A stretch of 64,000 nt of DNA from the human T2T-CHM13v2.0 reference genome, Homo sapiens. Both the position numbers and the translations under genes were made by a program. The notes under the pieces are model-generated. The model saw only the letters and a program-made list of their open reading frames with translations, did not search any database and was not told the origin of the DNA. Within the stretch, counting starts at the first letter, position 1. Each line of letters begins with the position of its first letter. The stretch lies in assembly GCF_009914755.1 (NCBI RefSeq), contig NC_060940.1; one strand, given 5' to 3'. Below, piece by piece: positions 60,508-64,000 of this stretch.

Positions 60508-62514
60508 AAGAATTTCTACTTTACAGACAGGCACAGGGAAATAGAGGTGCCAGAAAAAGCCAAAAAAGATTAAAGACATATATATGTATATATTTTGTTT
60601 GTTTCTGAAATAGAAAAGAGTGCCTAAGTTTCAACACAAAGGAAAAGTGGATGCTTATAAATTATTCAGATCTAGGCAACTTAATTATACAGAAGAAACA
60701 AAAAGATCAAAAGTATTCCATCATGGCACTTGGCTTTGTCACCAGATCAATTCTGACATTTTCTCACTTAAAACACCGCCTTTCTAGTCCCTTGAAACCA
60801 CCCTCCGCTTCAGCCAACCCTGGTTTCTCACCCTAGCATTTGGGAGGCCTGGGATTGGGTCACAGTTGTGTGACAACAGAACCTCACCTGGACCACAGAC
60901 CCTGTCAGGGCACAGGGAATGTTTGCTTAAAGTTTCTCAGTAAGAGTGAACAATGGCCAATTCCTTATGACCGAGAAACGGAAGGTTTTGGCTTGATCAC
61001 CAAAAGCCTTACTGAAAGTTCAGCACTGGGACATTTGTTGGTACAGTGGTTGGAGAGTCCCCAGAACCACGTGGAAGGGAATCTTACATGTTGGTACCTT
61101 CGACAATACTTGTTGAGGACATACCTCGTGCAGACGCCGGGGCCAGAACAGACACATCCACCCTCCAGGTATCTGTGATCTGGGGCTCCTCAGGTCTCCT
61201 TTTCACCTGCCAGATAAGTGGACTTATCAGCCCAACACCTGCCACCTGTATGCTCTATTTTAGGCCTCACATAGGGTCAGAGGGCCCCCTGGCCCTGAGG
61301 ATACAAAGGGCATCCCACGTGCCCATCAAGGTGCATACGCCCCTTTTCATGTGCCTGGGACACCTGAGGCTTTCAACTGCCTCCCTTCCCTCAGAAGACA
61401 AAGATTTTTAAAGTACCCATTAAAATCCAATTTCCATTCCACCTGCCAGTTAGTTTTGGACTCAATCCCCACGTGATTTTCCTTCATTTGCTAATTTCTT
61501 TTCATAAGCCTCTGCCACTTCTGCACAGTAAGTCTTCAACAACCCAATAAACACCTCCCCTCCCCCCCAAAAAAAGGATGGGGACAGTGGAGCCAGTATT
61601 ATCATCTGCCATTCAGAAGCAATGCTTGGTAATGCACGTTTTCTGAACATGTTCTCCAAGTCTGTCTTTCTTTTAATTGGGGAGCTACCAGGTCACCTGC
61701 ACTTAGAGCGCCACAGCACTCCAGGTGCAAGGCCTCAGGGTTCCAGTCCTAATGCCTGGAGGGAAAATTACGCATTTCCCACTCACCTGCCCAAACTTTG
61801 ACATTTAAAGCATCTCTCTGGTATTTTTCAGCTTCCTATTTGCCTATACACCTGCATGGCAGGCTGTGGACGTTCTTAGTATAGGCCCCTATATACCCTA
61901 CCGCATCACTGGTACCAGCAGGCAGAGACACACATAACAGAATGTTCTGTGAGCAACACAAATCCTCCAGTCAACCTAATGCCCAGCTCCCAGCAACAGA
62001 TTAAATCAATTGTAGCACAGCCACTCAATGGAAAACCATGTAGTTACTAGAGACTAAGGTAACCCACCCATGCATAATAATCCCATTAATTATAGTATAT
62101 ACTTTAGTATATATGATTTGCTATATGGTGTTAATATTACACAACACATTCATGAATAATAGAAATTGTTATATTTCTCAAACAATGCTATTAATTTTGA
62201 TTAAACTGTATTACCTACCAAGAGCCATTGAATTAACACATCATACATTAATTCATGAAAACTCAAAGTGCAGAGAACAGTAAATCAGTCCGTTTGTGTG
62301 GAAATCAAAGGGCATGTTTGAATCTATAAATATGAGCGTGCACATTAAACTGTCAGGTGCCTTGGGGCTGACTTAGCCGACAAGTCAGCAGGTCTGGGCG
62401 GGAGAGAAGTTGCATTTCTCACAAAATCCCAGGTGCTGCTGCTGGTCTTGGGACCAGGGACACATCCAGGCTAAACAGGTAAACTGGGGGAAGAAGAAAC
62501 TTTCGGCTTTGTTT

Positions 62515-62635
62515 GTTTGTTTTTATTTTTTTCTTTTCTTTGAGACAAGGTCTCCCTCTGTCGCTCAGGCTGGTGTGCAGCGGCGCGATCTCGGCTCACT
62601 GCAGCCCCGATCTCCTGGGCTCAAGCGATCCTTCA
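62515..62635 (-). mobile_element. Antisense Alu monomer fragment (J/FLAM-like), CpG-rich
   Basis: TTTGAGACAAGGTCTCCCTCTGTCGCTCAGGCTGG...CGGCGCGATCTCGGCTCACTGCAGCC. Confidence 0.8.
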
Positions 62636-62807
62636 GCCCGGGCCAAAGCGCGGAGCTTCCAGAAGCTTTTATTTTCTAAATCTCACGCCTCCATTCAGCA
62701 ACCCTGGCTGGGCGTGGGCTCCCTGCAAGGCGGCGGTGGACGGCCCGCAGTCGGGCCGATAAGGAAACCTGCTACCATTCCTTGGCTTCCTGGGTGCCTC
62801 ACTCTAG

Positions 62808-62892
62808 AGGGGGAAACTGAGACTCCGAGTCGAGCCGTCCCGAAGCGCTACATCGCTGGCGGGGCTGGGATTCGAACCCGACTTCTGAGATA
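62808..62892 (-). mobile_element. MIR relic (tRNA-derived head and core)
   Basis: GGGAAACTGAGACTC...GGGCTGGGATTCGAACCCG resembles the reverse MIR consensus GAGGAAACTGAGGC...GGGATTCGAACCCAG. Confidence 0.65.
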
Positions 62893-63155
62893 CAGGCCGG
62901 TGCCCCGCCCGCGGGACCTGCGGGACCCTCGGGACACCGCTCCAGCCGCGCCCCGACTCCAGAGGTTCTCCAGCCCACTGCAGACGACAGAATCGCCCGC
63001 GGGTCCCCGAGCCCCCGAGCCCGCCGGGGCGCGCCCGTTGAAGCCCCGCCCCGCCGGCCGCAGCAGGGAGGGGGACGGTGCGAGCTCGTGCTCGCTGGGC
63101 GGGCGCACGGGAGCGGCGCCAGGATAGAGGTTCGCGAGACCGCCATCGCAACGCA

Positions 63156-63227
63156 GGCGCGGTGGCCAAGTGGTAAGGCGTCGGTCTCGTAAACCGAAGA
63201 TCACGGGTTCGAACCCCGTCCGTGCCT
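63156..63227 (+). tRNA. TRT-CGT2-1: tRNA-Thr(CGT), intronless, 72 nt
   Basis: Acceptor stem GGCGCGG/CCGTGCC; A-box TGGCCAAGTGG; anticodon arm TCGGT-CT-CGT-AA-ACCGA (CGT at 63188-63190); T arm ACGGG-TTCGAAC-CCCGT. The specific gene number is from recall of the locus. Confidence 0.97.
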
Positions 63228-63258
63228 GATATCCAACCTTCGGCTATAGGGTGGAGAC

Positions 63259-63263
63259 TTTTT
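63259..63263 (+). terminator. Pol III terminator (T5) of the tRNA-Thr gene
   Basis: First T>=4 run, 31 nt downstream of the discriminator base. Confidence 0.85.
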
Positions 63264-64000
63264 AGGAGTGGTCGACTCTTGCCGTACTCTGCGAGTAGAT
63301 CCTTCCCCCTGGACTGCAGACCCAGCCAACTGTTTTTCTTCAAGGGTTTGGGTTCAAGCTCCCATCCTTCCCTCGCAGAAGGTGGAAGTCTGGGTGGTCC
63401 AGCCTCGGCGAGTAAGGTCCGCAAATTTGGCCGGCCCCGGCGATCGGCTCCCTACACACAGCTACCCCTGGGGCGCTTCATCCCCTGGGAGAAGATGGAG
63501 GGCTCTGGGGGTGGGGCGGGGCTCGCAAACTCAAAGGGTCCCCTGCAGATCATAGCCTCAGGGAAGCCCCAACACCCTTGGGGCAAGGAGACCTGCAGCT
63601 GCTGGAGTTTGGCTTAAGGGCCCATCCACATTCTTCTGCACAGGAAAATCCAATTTTATCCGCTCTAACAAAAGCCCTGCCGTTGCCTGATACAGAGCCC
63701 ACACCCAGAGTCAGCTGGTGTCTGTCTGGCTTGCTATTTTTGAAAGGAAATCCACTGTAGGCATTGCATTCGAAAGAGAAGCAGCCCTGTCCAGGCTTGG
63801 AGCAATTCTGACACGCAAATCTGAAACCTCCGGCTCTGAGCCTCCGCTTGCCCCTCTGTAAAATGGGCGCTTGTGAAGCAGCTGCCAGGAGAGGCTGCTG
63901 TGGAGGCGGCCTACGTAGACGGAGCTCCAGTCAGATCGCACAGGTTTTCTTTGCATCACGAAGGATGCACCAAAGGGCTGCTGGAATGCCTTTGAAGACG

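Larger units (their letters stand above)
62570..63480. promoter_or_regulatory. CpG island around the tRNA-Thr gene
   Basis: Very high GC and CpG density and GC boxes (CCCCGCCC), against CpG depletion elsewhere in the window. Confidence 0.9.

Noticed and set aside
62513-63617. Several 115-206 aa ORFs on both strands around the tRNA
   Set aside because: Pro/Arg/Gly/Ala-rich frames expected from stop-poor GC-rich DNA; they overlap an Alu, a MIR and the tRNA; no recognisable domain

Overview
Primate, most likely human, genomic DNA. Positions 1-~44,040 hold the 3' part of MRTFB (MKL2, myocardin-related transcription factor B) on the + strand. Nine coding exons (11415-38707) with canonical GT-AG junctions splice into one open frame of 868 aa. 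It covers the B1 basic/SRF-binding motif, Q-rich region, SAP domain, leucine zipper, PPxY motif and acidic C-terminal activation domain; the N-terminal RPEL exons lie upstream of the window. A ~5.3 kb 3' UTR with no repeat I can recognise ends near AATAAA at 44016. Next come ~18 kb of dense L1/Alu/MaLR sequence containing an RNY3 (Y RNA) retrocopy and an 18-bp tandem repeat inside an Alu. The window ends in a CpG island with an intact tRNA-Thr(CGT) gene (63156-63227). I see no convincing wholly new biological system. The best leads are RNA-processing and regulatory features: a weak donor with intron read-through/intronic polyadenylation, a candidate poison or alternative-start exon, inverted AluY pairs suited to back-splicing, a Pumilio-element-rich UTR, a preserved MIR B-box next to the tRNA, a structured tRNA 3' trailer, and an Alu with an inverted 5' end. 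Repeat subfamily names and boundaries were assigned by eye and are approximate.
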